Shown here: positions 56,242 to 64,000 of the stretch, piece after piece | Numbering within the stretch: position 1 is the stretch's first letter | How the letters are laid out: each line of letters starts with the position of its first letter | Made by a program: the position numbers and the translations under genes | NCBI GenBank assembly: GCA_951812615.1 | Contig: CATOSU010000007.1 | Span: 41,751 to 105,750 of the forward strand | Length of the DNA stretch: 64,000 nt | Direction: 5' to 3' | DNA from: an uncultured Rhodobacteraceae bacterium | Lineage (GTDB): Bacteria > Pseudomonadota > Alphaproteobacteria > Rhodobacterales > Rhodobacteraceae | The notes under the pieces: model-generated | Databases searched by the model: none | What the model was told of the DNA's origin: nothing | The model's input: only the letters and a program-made list of their open reading frames with translations

Positions 56242-57385
56242 GTGGGCAAACTCCCGGAGTGACAGGCTAAAGCTGTGGCCTTGTGCGATTCTGTCAAGCC
56301 TGTGGCTGATCCTGTGCGCCGCGCAGGCACTGGCGCATGAGGTGGTTCCGACCATCGGGGACCTCAGCGTAGAGGATGGCCAACTGACGCTGAACCTGCG
56401 CGTCAATGCCGAGGCGCTGGTTGCGGGCATTGATCTCGACGGGCTGGAGGACACTGACGAATCGGATGAGGCCGAGCAATATGACCGGCTGCGCGCGATG
56501 GCGCCTGCCGAATTGTCGCCGCTGGTCGCGCGCTTTGCTGACCGCTGGGCAGGTGAGGTGAAGATCGAGGCCGGCGGTCCGGTCAGCCTGTCTTTCGCCG
56601 GCGCCGGGATCCCCGACAGCGGCGACGCCGGCCTGCCGCGACACACCACCCTGACATTGACCGGCCCGGTGCCGCGCGCGGCCCGGACCCTGACGCTGCA
56701 CTGGCCGAAAGGGGCCGGTTCACTTGTTCTGCGGCAGCACGGCGTGCCGGAGCCCTTCACCGGTTATCTGCAGGGTGGCGAGACCACGCCGCCCATCGCG
56801 CTGGCCGGCGGCACGCAGCAAACCGGCTGGCAGGCGTTCCTGTCTTACATCCCCGTCGGCTTCGACCATATCCTGCCCAAGGGGCTGGACCATATCCTGT
56901 TCGTGCTGGCGCTGTTCTTTCTCAGCACCCGTCTCAGGCCACTGATCTGGCAGATCTCGGCCTTCACGCTGGCCCATACCGTGACCCTGGCGCTTGGCGC
57001 GCTGGGATGGGTGCAAGTGCCCGCGCATATCGTCGAGCCGCTGATCGCCGCCTCGATCGCATTTGTTGCCGTGGAAAACCTTTTTACAGACGCACTGAAC
57101 CGCTGGCGGCCGCTTGTCGTGTTCGGGTTCGGTCTGTTGCACGGGCTGGGATTTGCCAGCGTATTGGGAGAGTTCGGCCTGCCGCAGGGGCAGTTCATCC
57201 CGGCGCTGATCGGGTTCAATGTGGGCGTCGAGCTGGGCCAGCTCACAGTGATTGCGCTGGCCTTTGCCGTGGTGGGGTACTGGTTCAGGAACAAACCGTG
57301 GTACCGGGCCCGGATCGCGATGCCGGCTTCGGCGGTGATTGCCGTGATCGGACTCTACTGGGTGGTGGAGCGGGTTTTTCTATGA
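56240..57385 (+). CDS. HupE/UreJ family protein, long form with an N-terminal periplasmic extension; start uncertain
   Basis: The C-terminal ~190 aa carry HupE-like TM helices (GFDHILPKGLDHILFVLALFF, GLLHGLGFA, GVELGQL). The ATG at 56240 overlaps the divergent start by 2 nt. Confidence 0.75.
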   Translation: MWANSRSDRLKLWPCAILSSLWLILCAAQALAHEVVPTIGDLSVEDGQLTLNLRVNAEALVAGIDLDGLEDTDESDEAEQYDRLRAMAPAELSPLVARFADRWAGEVKIEAGGPVSLSFAGAGIPDSGDAGLPRHTTLTLTGPVPRAARTLTLHWPKGAGSLVLRQHGVPEPFTGYLQGGETTPPIALAGGTQQTGWQAFLSYIPVGFDHILPKGLDHILFVLALFFLSTRLRPLIWQISAFTLAHTVTLALGALGWVQVPAHIVEPLIAASIAFVAVENLFTDALNRWRPLVVFGFGLLHGLGFASVLGEFGLPQGQFIPALIGFNVGVELGQLTVIALAFAVVGYWFRNKPWYRARIAMPASAVIAVIGLYWVVERVFL

Positions 57386-57522
57386 ACCGCTGGTCAATTC
57401 GCCGGTGTGTTTGACACCTTTTTCGGCCACAGGGGCGAGTTTGACCGTTGCAGGTGCCACGAGGGTTGCAAGTTATCAGGGCTGAAAGCCCGTCGCGCAG
57501 CGCCGGGCCGCCCGTGACGCCT

Positions 57523-58143
57523 TTAACGCATCGCGCGGATTAGCTCGCCGATCTGCGCCGCCGGGTCCCCGGCGCCCCAGATCTCCTCGCCGATGCCGAA
57601 GAAATCGGTATAGGGCGCCAGTGCGGCGACCGTGTCGGCGTCGATGCCGCCCTCGGCCACCACCGGCACCTCGATCATTTCTGACCACCATTGGAACAGT
57701 TCGGCCTCTGCGACCTTGCCGTCGCCCAGCCCGCCGGCCCGCACCGGACCGAAGCTGACATAATCCGCTCCGGCCTCGCCCGCGGTCATGCCGTCATGCC
57801 GGGACGTGCCGCAATGCGCGCCGACGATCGCGTCCGGGCCCAGTTCCTTGCGCGCGTCGCGCACCGAACGGGCCGCGTCCGACAGGTGCACACCATCGAG
57901 CCCCAGCCGCTGCACCAGCATCAGGTGGTCCGAGATGACCAGCGCGATATCGCGCGCGTGCGTCAGTTCGCGCAGCACGTCCGCGGCCCGGGCAACAGTG
58001 TCTTCGTCCCGCGTGGCCAGCGTCAGGCGCACACAGGCGGTTTCATGGGTGTCCAGCACCCGGGCCAGTTGACCGGGAAAGGACCCGAGGTCGAAGGCGG
58101 GGGGCGTGACAAGGTAGATCTGCGGCTGTTCGGGGTCAGACAT
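57523..58143 (-). CDS. thiE: thiamine phosphate synthase
   Basis: TMP-TENI family pattern (IYLVTP..., GLDGVHL, ADYVSFGPV, VAEGGI). Confidence 0.8.
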   Translation of the reverse strand: MSDPEQPQIYLVTPPAFDLGSFPGQLARVLDTHETACVRLTLATRDEDTVARAADVLRELTHARDIALVISDHLMLVQRLGLDGVHLSDAARSVRDARKELGPDAIVGAHCGTSRHDGMTAGEAGADYVSFGPVRAGGLGDGKVAEAELFQWWSEMIEVPVVAEGGIDADTVAALAPYTDFFGIGEEIWGAGDPAAQIGELIRAMR

Positions 58144-58286
58144 GGGACTTTCGGCATTCCTGTTGCGCGGGGTCTAGCGAAATCCCGCTGCGATGGGAAC
58201 CGGTTTTCCTGACCGGGGCCGCGGCGGCCACCCTTGCCGGTTCCGGCCGGTTGCGCCATAGACCGCTGACAAATAGCGGAGCCCGA

Positions 58287-59030
58287 ATGCCAACCGACAC
58301 GCCCCAACCCGTTATCGTCCTTGTGCGTCCCCAGATGGGCGAAAACATCGGCGCGGCTGCGCGCGCGATGTGGAATTTCGGACTGGACCGGATGCGGCTG
58401 GTGGCGCCGCGCGACGGCTGGCCGAACCCGGCTTCGGTGGCGATGGCCAGCGGGGCGGGGCGGCTGCTGGACGAAGCGGCGCTGAGCCCGACCACGGCAG
58501 AGGCGGTGTCCGACTGTTCCTACGTCTTCGCCACCACGGCGCGGCAGCGCGGGCTGACCAAACCGGTGTTCAGCCCCGAGGCGGCGATGGCCAAGGCTGC
58601 CGAAAAAATTGCGGCGGGAGAAAAGGTGGCCGTCCTCTTTGGCCCCGAACGCGCCGGGCTGGAAAATGACGACATCGCGCGGGCCAACGCCATCATCACC
58701 GTTCCGGTGAACCCCGAATTCTTTTCTCTGAACCTCGCCCAATGCGTGCTGCTGACGGCCTATGAGTGGCGCCGCGCCTCGGCCGAAATCACCGCCGAAA
58801 CCGTCGAGATGGGCAAGGCCGACTGGGCCACCGGTATCGAAATGGAAAAGCTGGCTCAGCATTACGAGGACCGGCTGGACGCAGCCGGGTTTTTCTATCC
58901 GCCGGAAAAGGCCGACGGCATGAAGATCAACCTGCGCAACCTGTGGAGCCGGATGCGGCTGACCCGCGCGGATGTGCAGATGCTGCACGGTGTCATGCGC
59001 CAGATGGTGCGCTGGAAGGAACGCGGCTGA
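58287..59030 (+). CDS. SpoU/TrmH-family RNA 2'-O-methyltransferase (TrmJ-like)
   Basis: ORF trimmed to the ATG at 58287 (GGAG 7 nt upstream). Motifs P.MGENIGAAARAM.NFG, LFGPERAGL and SLNLAQ. Confidence 0.8.
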   Translation: MPTDTPQPVIVLVRPQMGENIGAAARAMWNFGLDRMRLVAPRDGWPNPASVAMASGAGRLLDEAALSPTTAEAVSDCSYVFATTARQRGLTKPVFSPEAAMAKAAEKIAAGEKVAVLFGPERAGLENDDIARANAIITVPVNPEFFSLNLAQCVLLTAYEWRRASAEITAETVEMGKADWATGIEMEKLAQHYEDRLDAAGFFYPPEKADGMKINLRNLWSRMRLTRADVQMLHGVMRQMVRWKERG

Positions 59031-59087
59031 TCGGGTGGACGGTGCCACCGGTCCCCCTAGGTTCAGCCTGACAGACGAGAGAACGAC

Positions 59088-60236
59088 ATGAGCGAAAAAC
59101 GCAACATCTTCGAAGAGGTGTCTGGCCCCGGGGACGCGCGGCCCGCCGCGCAGCCGGGCCTGATCGACAAGGGCCGTGGTTCAGGCCGGCGGGCGATCCG
59201 GGCCTGGCAGGTTGTCCTGTTCGTTCTGGTCATGGCGATGATCCTTGTAGGTGGCCTGACCCGCCTGACCGACAGCGGGCTTTCGATCACCGAATGGCGT
59301 CCGATCACCGGGGCGCTGCCGCCGATGAGTGAGGCGGACTGGCAGTCGGAATTCGAAAAGTATCAGGAAATCGACGAGTTCCGCATTCAGAATCAATGGA
59401 TGGAACTGGCCGATTTCAAAGTGATCTACTGGTGGGAATGGGGCCACCGGCAACTGGGCCGGATTGTCGGCCTGATCTGGGCGATCGGCTTTTTCGCCTT
59501 TCTCGCCCTGCGCAAAATCCCGACCGGCTGGACCATGCGCCTGCTTGTGCCCGGCGTTCTGGGCGGGGTGCAGGGGGCCGTCGGATGGTGGATGGTGTCC
59601 TCGGGTGTCACGACCGGCGAAGGCATGGTCGATGTCGCCAGTTACCGGCTGGCCACCCATCTGGGGCTGGCTTTTGCGATTCTGGCCCTGCTGGCATGGA
59701 ATATCTTCCTGCTGGGCCGCGATGAACGCGACCTGATGCAGGCCCGCCGGGTCCGCGAAACAAAATTGTTCGGCCTGTCTACCGGGCTCCTGCATTTTGC
59801 ATTCCTGCAAATCCTGATCGGCGCGCTTGTGGCCGGGATCGACGCCGGGCGCGGCTATACCGACTGGCCGCTGATGGGCGGGCAGGTGTTCCCGCCGGAC
59901 GCGGCTCTGTTCGAGCCGTGGTGGCGCAACCTGTTCGAGAGCCCCGGGCTGGTGCAGTGGATCCATCGTGTCACGGGTTATCTGCTGCTGGTTTTCGGCA
60001 TCGTCATCTGGCTGCGTGGGCGTCACAGCCCGAACCCTTCGACCCGGTTCGCATTCATCCTGACCTTCGCGGTGCTGGCCCTGCAGGTGGTGCTGGGTAT
60101 CTTCACCGTGATCTATGCCGCGCCGCTGCATATCGCCATTCTGCATCAGCTGCTGGCCATCGGGCTCTGGACCGCGATCCTGAACGCCCGTTACCGCAGC
60201 GCTTATCCGCAATCTGCTTCCGTGAGAGGATCCTGA
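59088..60236 (+). CDS. ctaA: heme A synthase (COX15/CtaA)
   Basis: Motifs GGLTRLTDSGLSITEW and WEWGHR. It has multiple TM helices with conserved His residues. Confidence 0.9.
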   Translation: MSEKRNIFEEVSGPGDARPAAQPGLIDKGRGSGRRAIRAWQVVLFVLVMAMILVGGLTRLTDSGLSITEWRPITGALPPMSEADWQSEFEKYQEIDEFRIQNQWMELADFKVIYWWEWGHRQLGRIVGLIWAIGFFAFLALRKIPTGWTMRLLVPGVLGGVQGAVGWWMVSSGVTTGEGMVDVASYRLATHLGLAFAILALLAWNIFLLGRDERDLMQARRVRETKLFGLSTGLLHFAFLQILIGALVAGIDAGRGYTDWPLMGGQVFPPDAALFEPWWRNLFESPGLVQWIHRVTGYLLLVFGIVIWLRGRHSPNPSTRFAFILTFAVLALQVVLGIFTVIYAAPLHIAILHQLLAIGLWTAILNARYRSAYPQSASVRGS

Positions 60237-60239
60237 CCC

Positions 60240-61709
60240 ATGACCGCATATAACGACCTGATGGCCTATCAGCGCGACACCGAGGCGCTGAGCCTTGTGG
60301 CGTGGCGGCTGAGCTGGGACCAGGAAACGGTGATGCCGCGTGGCGCGGCGGGGCAGCGCGGCGCCGAGATGGCCGCGCTCGAAGCGGTGCTGCACGCGCG
60401 CCGGTCGGATCCCCGCGTCGCGGACTGGCTGGACGCTGCCGAACCTGCGGACGAGGTGGCCACCGCACAATTGCGGGAAATCCGGCGCAGCTATGACCGG
60501 GCCACCAAGGTGCCGGCCGATCTGGCCAAGACGCTGGCCGGGCTGACATCCGAGGCACAGGGGATCTGGGCGCAGGCCCGCGCCGACGAAGACGTCTCCG
60601 CCTTTCTTCCGACCCTGAAAGAGGTGGTAAGGCTCAAGCGGGAAGAGGGGCAGGCGCTGGCAGCCGGCGGTGACGTCTACGACGCCATGCTGCAGGATTA
60701 CGAACCGGGCACCAACAGCGCAGAGATCACCGCGCTGTTCGATGCGATGCGCGTGCGGCTGGTCGCGCTGCGGGCGGCCATCCTGGAAAAACCGATGCCG
60801 GCGGGCCTGACCGGCACATTTGCCGAACCGTCGCAGATGAAACTCGCCCGCGAGCTGGCCCGCACCTTTGGCTATGACATGAATTGTGGCCGGGTGGACA
60901 AGGCGGTGCACCCGTTTTCCTCGGGCAGCGGGACGGATGTGCGGATCACCACACGCACGGACCCCGAAGACCCGTTCAACTGCATCTATTCCACCATCCA
61001 CGAAACCGGCCATGCCAGTTACGAACTGAACATCGACCCGGCCTATCTGCTGACCCCGCTGGGCCGCGGTGTGTCGATGGGCGTGCACGAAAGCCAGAGC
61101 CGGATCTACGAAAACCAGCTGGGCCGGTCGCAGGCCTTCACCGGCTGGCTCTATTCGCGGATGGGCACGGCGTTCGGCGATGCCGGCGCCCCGGATGCCG
61201 ATGCGTTCTATGCCGCGGTGAACCGGGTCAAGAACGGGTATATCCGCACCGAGGCGGACGAGGTGCAATGTAACCTGCACATCATGCTGCGATATGATCT
61301 GGAACGCGCGCTGATGGCCGGCGATCTGGAGGTCGACGGGCTGGAAGCCGCGTGGAACGACCGGTTCCTTGCCGATTTCGGCTATGCCGTGGACAAACCG
61401 TCAAACGGGCTCTTGCAGGATGTGCACTGGTCGGTGGGGCTGTTCGGCTATTTCCCGACCTATAGTCTGGGCAATGTCTATGCCGGCTGTCTCCATCAGG
61501 CGCTGCGCGGGGCCGTACCGGAGCTCGACACACAGTTGGCCGCGGGCGACACGTCGGGGGCAACGGGCTGGCTGCAGGAAAATCTGCAACGCCACGGCGG
61601 GCTCTTTGCGCCGCGCGCGGTCATAGAAAAGGCCAGCGGGATTGCCCCGTCCGAAGCGCCGCTGCTGGAGTATCTCGAAGAGAAATTCGGCGCGCTCTAC
61701 GGGCTTTAG
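60240..61709 (+). CDS. carboxypeptidase M32 (Taq-like metallocarboxypeptidase)
   Basis: HETGHASYE (HExxH), HESQSR and the IRTEADEV motif. Confidence 0.9.
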   Translation: MTAYNDLMAYQRDTEALSLVAWRLSWDQETVMPRGAAGQRGAEMAALEAVLHARRSDPRVADWLDAAEPADEVATAQLREIRRSYDRATKVPADLAKTLAGLTSEAQGIWAQARADEDVSAFLPTLKEVVRLKREEGQALAAGGDVYDAMLQDYEPGTNSAEITALFDAMRVRLVALRAAILEKPMPAGLTGTFAEPSQMKLARELARTFGYDMNCGRVDKAVHPFSSGSGTDVRITTRTDPEDPFNCIYSTIHETGHASYELNIDPAYLLTPLGRGVSMGVHESQSRIYENQLGRSQAFTGWLYSRMGTAFGDAGAPDADAFYAAVNRVKNGYIRTEADEVQCNLHIMLRYDLERALMAGDLEVDGLEAAWNDRFLADFGYAVDKPSNGLLQDVHWSVGLFGYFPTYSLGNVYAGCLHQALRGAVPELDTQLAAGDTSGATGWLQENLQRHGGLFAPRAVIEKASGIAPSEAPLLEYLEEKFGALYGL

Positions 61710-61733
61710 ACCCCGGCGCCTGCAGAAAAAGTC

Positions 61734-61769
61734 GCGCGAACGCCGCCCCAAACCGAGAGGCGTTCGCGC
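61734..61769. terminator. hairpin between convergent genes (M32 carboxypeptidase and DoxX), possible bidirectional terminator
   Basis: Perfect 11-bp stem GCGCGAACGCC / GGCGTTCGCGC with a 14-nt loop. An A-run lies before it and a T-containing tract after it. Confidence 0.45.
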
Positions 61770-61789
61770 AATGTCCGTTTCGCGATAGC

Positions 61790-62185
61790 TCAGGCCGCGG
61801 CGGTGCGGCCGCCCAGAACGGCATCAGCCGACAGCCGGCCTGCGCCCAGCCCGGCCAGCGCGACATAGCCACCGGCCAGCGCGATGTTCTTGAGAAACAT
61901 CGTCATCTGGATCTGATCGTTCGGGTCGTTGTGGTAAAGCACGGTCGACACCACGCAGAACCCGGCCAGTGCAAGGCTGACCAGACGGGTCTGGTACCCG
62001 GCGATCAATGCCAGCCCGGCAAGGATTTCAAACAAGATGGCCGGCCAGGCCAGAAAGCCCGGAATGCCGCCCGAGGCCATGTAGCCGGCAAAGCCCTGAA
62101 CATCGCCCAGCTTGAAAAGCCCGGCCATCAGGAAAAAACCGCCCAGCAGAATCCGGGCCGCCAGCGGTGCAATTGTATTGATCAT
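61790..62185 (-). CDS. DoxX family membrane protein
   Basis: About 130 aa with four TM helices and a typical DoxX N-terminus (ARILLGGFFLMAGLFK). Confidence 0.85.
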   Translation of the reverse strand: MINTIAPLAARILLGGFFLMAGLFKLGDVQGFAGYMASGGIPGFLAWPAILFEILAGLALIAGYQTRLVSLALAGFCVVSTVLYHNDPNDQIQMTMFLKNIALAGGYVALAGLGAGRLSADAVLGGRTAAA

Positions 62186-62472
62186 GTGTCTGTCCCTTTG
62201 TTGGGTGTGTGCAGCCTAGGTAACGTCACGTTCTGCGCACTCAATCTGAGTTTTCGCGCAGGTTTGGTGCGCATTCGCACAGCCGGGCAATGTTACGCCG
62301 ATGCCGGCACGGTGCCGCCGGGGGACGTCTAAAATTGACACGATCCCGCCTTGGCCCAAACGCATTTGGTCCGGAGCGTCGGTTTCACTTGGGGAAAACA
62401 GGAATGCTCGCCATGCAGGCCGTTTGCGTCTCGCTGCTCTTTTTCGGATTTGTGATCGGTCCGCTGATCGCC

Positions 62473-62512
62473 TGAAACAAAACGCCGTTGCCCGGTCCGG
62501 CCGGGCAACGGC
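62473..62512 (-). terminator. intrinsic terminator downstream of gyrA
   Basis: Perfect 12-bp stem GCCGTTGCCCGG / CCGGGCAACGGC. On the minus strand it is followed by GTTTTGTTT. Confidence 0.6.
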
Positions 62513-62588
62513 CTCTGCTTGTCAACTCGTTCTTGCGTTACATGTTCCGCGTCCCGCCGCCGCGATCACGGCCTGCGGTCCGCCCGGG

Positions 62589-64000
62589 TCAGTCGTCGAC
62601 CTGCATGCTGTCTTCTTCTTCATCGCCCTGATCCGCAATCCAGGCGACACTCACCACTTCCTCGCCGCGGCGGGTATTGAACACCTTGACGCCGCCGGCG
62701 CTGCGCGAGCGGAAGGAAATACCCTCGACCGGCACACGGATCGATTGCCCGCGCGACGTGGCCAGCATGATCTGGTCGTCCAGTTCCACCGGGAATGACG
62801 CCACCACCGGGCCGCCGCGCATGGCCTTGTCCATCGCCGCAACACCCATGCCGCCGCGCCCGCGCACCGGGTAGTCGTGCGACGAGGACAGTTTGCCTGC
62901 ACCGCCCGAGGTGATTGTCAGGATGAGGTTTTCCACTGCCGACATTTCCACGTATTTTTCGTTGCTGAACGTGTCACTTGCCGCGACTTCTTCATCCTCG
63001 CCCGCGTCTTCATCGGTCAGCCCGGCCACCGCGCGGCGCATTTTCAGATAGGCGGCCCGGTCCTCGGGCGACGCTTCGAAATGCCGGATTACCGACATCG
63101 AAACGACGCGGTCGCCATTGCTCAGCCGGATGCCCCGGACCCCGGTTGAATCGCGGCCCTTGAACACGCGCACCTCGGTGGTCGGGAAACGGATCGCCCG
63201 GCCCGAGTTTGTGACCAGCATAACGTCATCTGTTTCCGAACAAATCCGGGCGTTTACAAGCTCTACCTCATCCGGCAGCTTCATCGCGATCTTGCCGTTG
63301 CGCTTGACGTTGGTGAAATCCGACAGCGCATTGCGACGCACGTCACCGGCCGAGGTGGCGAACATGATCTGCAGGTTTTCCCATTCGTCCTCGGGCACGT
63401 CCACGGGCATGATCGCCGCCACGGACACGCCTATGGGGATCGGCAGGATGTTGACGATGGCCTTGCCCTTGGCGGTGCGCCCGCCCAGCGGCAGGCGCCA
63501 TGTCTTGAGCTTGTAGACCATGCCATCGGTGGTGAAGAACAAAAGCTGCGTATGCGTGTTGGCCACAAACAGCGTGGTGACCACGTCCTCTTCCTTGGTC
63601 TGCATACCGGCCAGCCCCTTGCCGCCGCGGCGCTGCGCACGGAAATCGGCCAGCGGGGTGCGCTTGATATAGCCTTCGGAGGTCACGGTCACGACCATGT
63701 CCTCGCGCTCGATCAGGTCCTCGTCCTCCATGTCGCCGGACCAGTCGACGATCTCGGTGCGGCGCGGCACGGCAAAGCGGTCGCGGCTGTCGGTCAGCTC
63801 ATCGGTGATGATGCCCATGATCCGTTCGCGCGAACCCAGAATTTCGAGGTATTCCCGAATGTTGGCCGCCAGTTCTTCAAGTTCGTCGGTGACCTCCTTG
63901 ACGCCCAGCTGGGTCAGGCGCTGCAGCCGCAGGTCCAGAATGGCACGGGCCTGTACCTCGGTCAGGTTATAGGTGCCGTCGTCGTTCATCTTCGACAGCG
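62589..64000 (-). CDS. gyrA: DNA gyrase subunit A, C-terminal ~470 codons; the gene continues past the window end
   Basis: GyrA C-terminal beta-pinwheel repeats and an acidic tail (QGDEEEDSMQVDD). The upstream part matches the coiled-coil/tower region (LTEVQARAILDLRLQRLT). Confidence 0.95.
   Translation of the reverse strand, partial: LSKMNDDGTYNLTEVQARAILDLRLQRLTQLGVKEVTDELEELAANIREYLEILGSRERIMGIITDELTDSRDRFAVPRRTEIVDWSGDMEDEDLIEREDMVVTVTSEGYIKRTPLADFRAQRRGGKGLAGMQTKEEDVVTTLFVANTHTQLLFFTTDGMVYKLKTWRLPLGGRTAKGKAIVNILPIPIGVSVAAIMPVDVPEDEWENLQIMFATSAGDVRRNALSDFTNVKRNGKIAMKLPDEVELVNARICSETDDVMLVTNSGRAIRFPTTEVRVFKGRDSTGVRGIRLSNGDRVVSMSVIRHFEASPEDRAAYLKMRRAVAGLTDEDAGEDEEVAASDTFSNEKYVEMSAVENLILTITSGGAGKLSSSHDYPVRGRGGMGVAAMDKAMRGGPVVASFPVELDDQIMLATSRGQSIRVPVEGISFRSRSAGGVKVFNTRRGEEVVSVAWIADQGDEEEDSMQVDD

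Noticed and set aside
58144-58250. A possible TPP (THI-box) riboswitch upstream of thiE.
   Set aside because: The minus-strand leader lacks the conserved CUGAGA and ACCUGAUCUGGAUAAUGCCAGCG-like elements. No convincing THI-box fold was seen.
59181-61280. A 699-aa minus-strand ORF.
   Set aside because: It is antisense to ctaA and the M32 carboxypeptidase, both of which have diagnostic motifs. The composition is low-complexity and Arg-rich.

Overview
This is a GC-rich chromosomal segment. Its gene content and order look alphaproteobacterial, most like Rhodobacteraceae (inference only, no search was possible). I support about 65 protein genes, one tRNA-Pro(GGG), several intrinsic terminators and a few repeats. 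Most of the window is housekeeping: dksA, xthA, erpA-like, dgt, argS, SPOR protein, nagZ, scpAB, ihfA, the yceD-rpmF-plsX-fabH block, bamE, an ABC-F ATPase, tyrS, anmK, holC, psuKG, thiE, ctaA and the 3' part of gyrA. Accessory genes include phoX, ppk2, bdhA, transporters, two small K+-channel-like proteins and a class III cyclase.

The most unusual locus is 11157-13683. It starts with a ribosome-binding-site-preceded ORF built from seven 63-nt tandem repeats. Each repeat encodes an invariant (M/L)FSSGS(AP) block alternating with a variable octamer. The nucleotide differences inside the conserved blocks are synonymous. A 358-aa protein I cannot assign to any family follows it, and a DMT/EamA transporter follows that with a 4-nt GTGA stop/start overlap. 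I read this as a candidate multi-cassette peptide (RiPP-like) production and export module, but it is unproven.

Other second-look items:
- two perfect DnaA boxes just upstream of that cassette;
- a 24-nt perfect palindrome present twice, 13 kb apart;
- a 1-nt frame break in a G-run that removes the catalytic N-terminal motif of the cyclase;
- an OlsB-like N-acyltransferase, cysteine-synthase-like PLP enzyme and sulfotransferase-like gene run, possibly for a sulfur-containing aminolipid;
- a roughly 220-bp inverted-repeat element;
- an orphan terminator in an AT-rich gap, a candidate sRNA.

Many very long antisense ORFs in the track are GC-driven shadows and were rejected.
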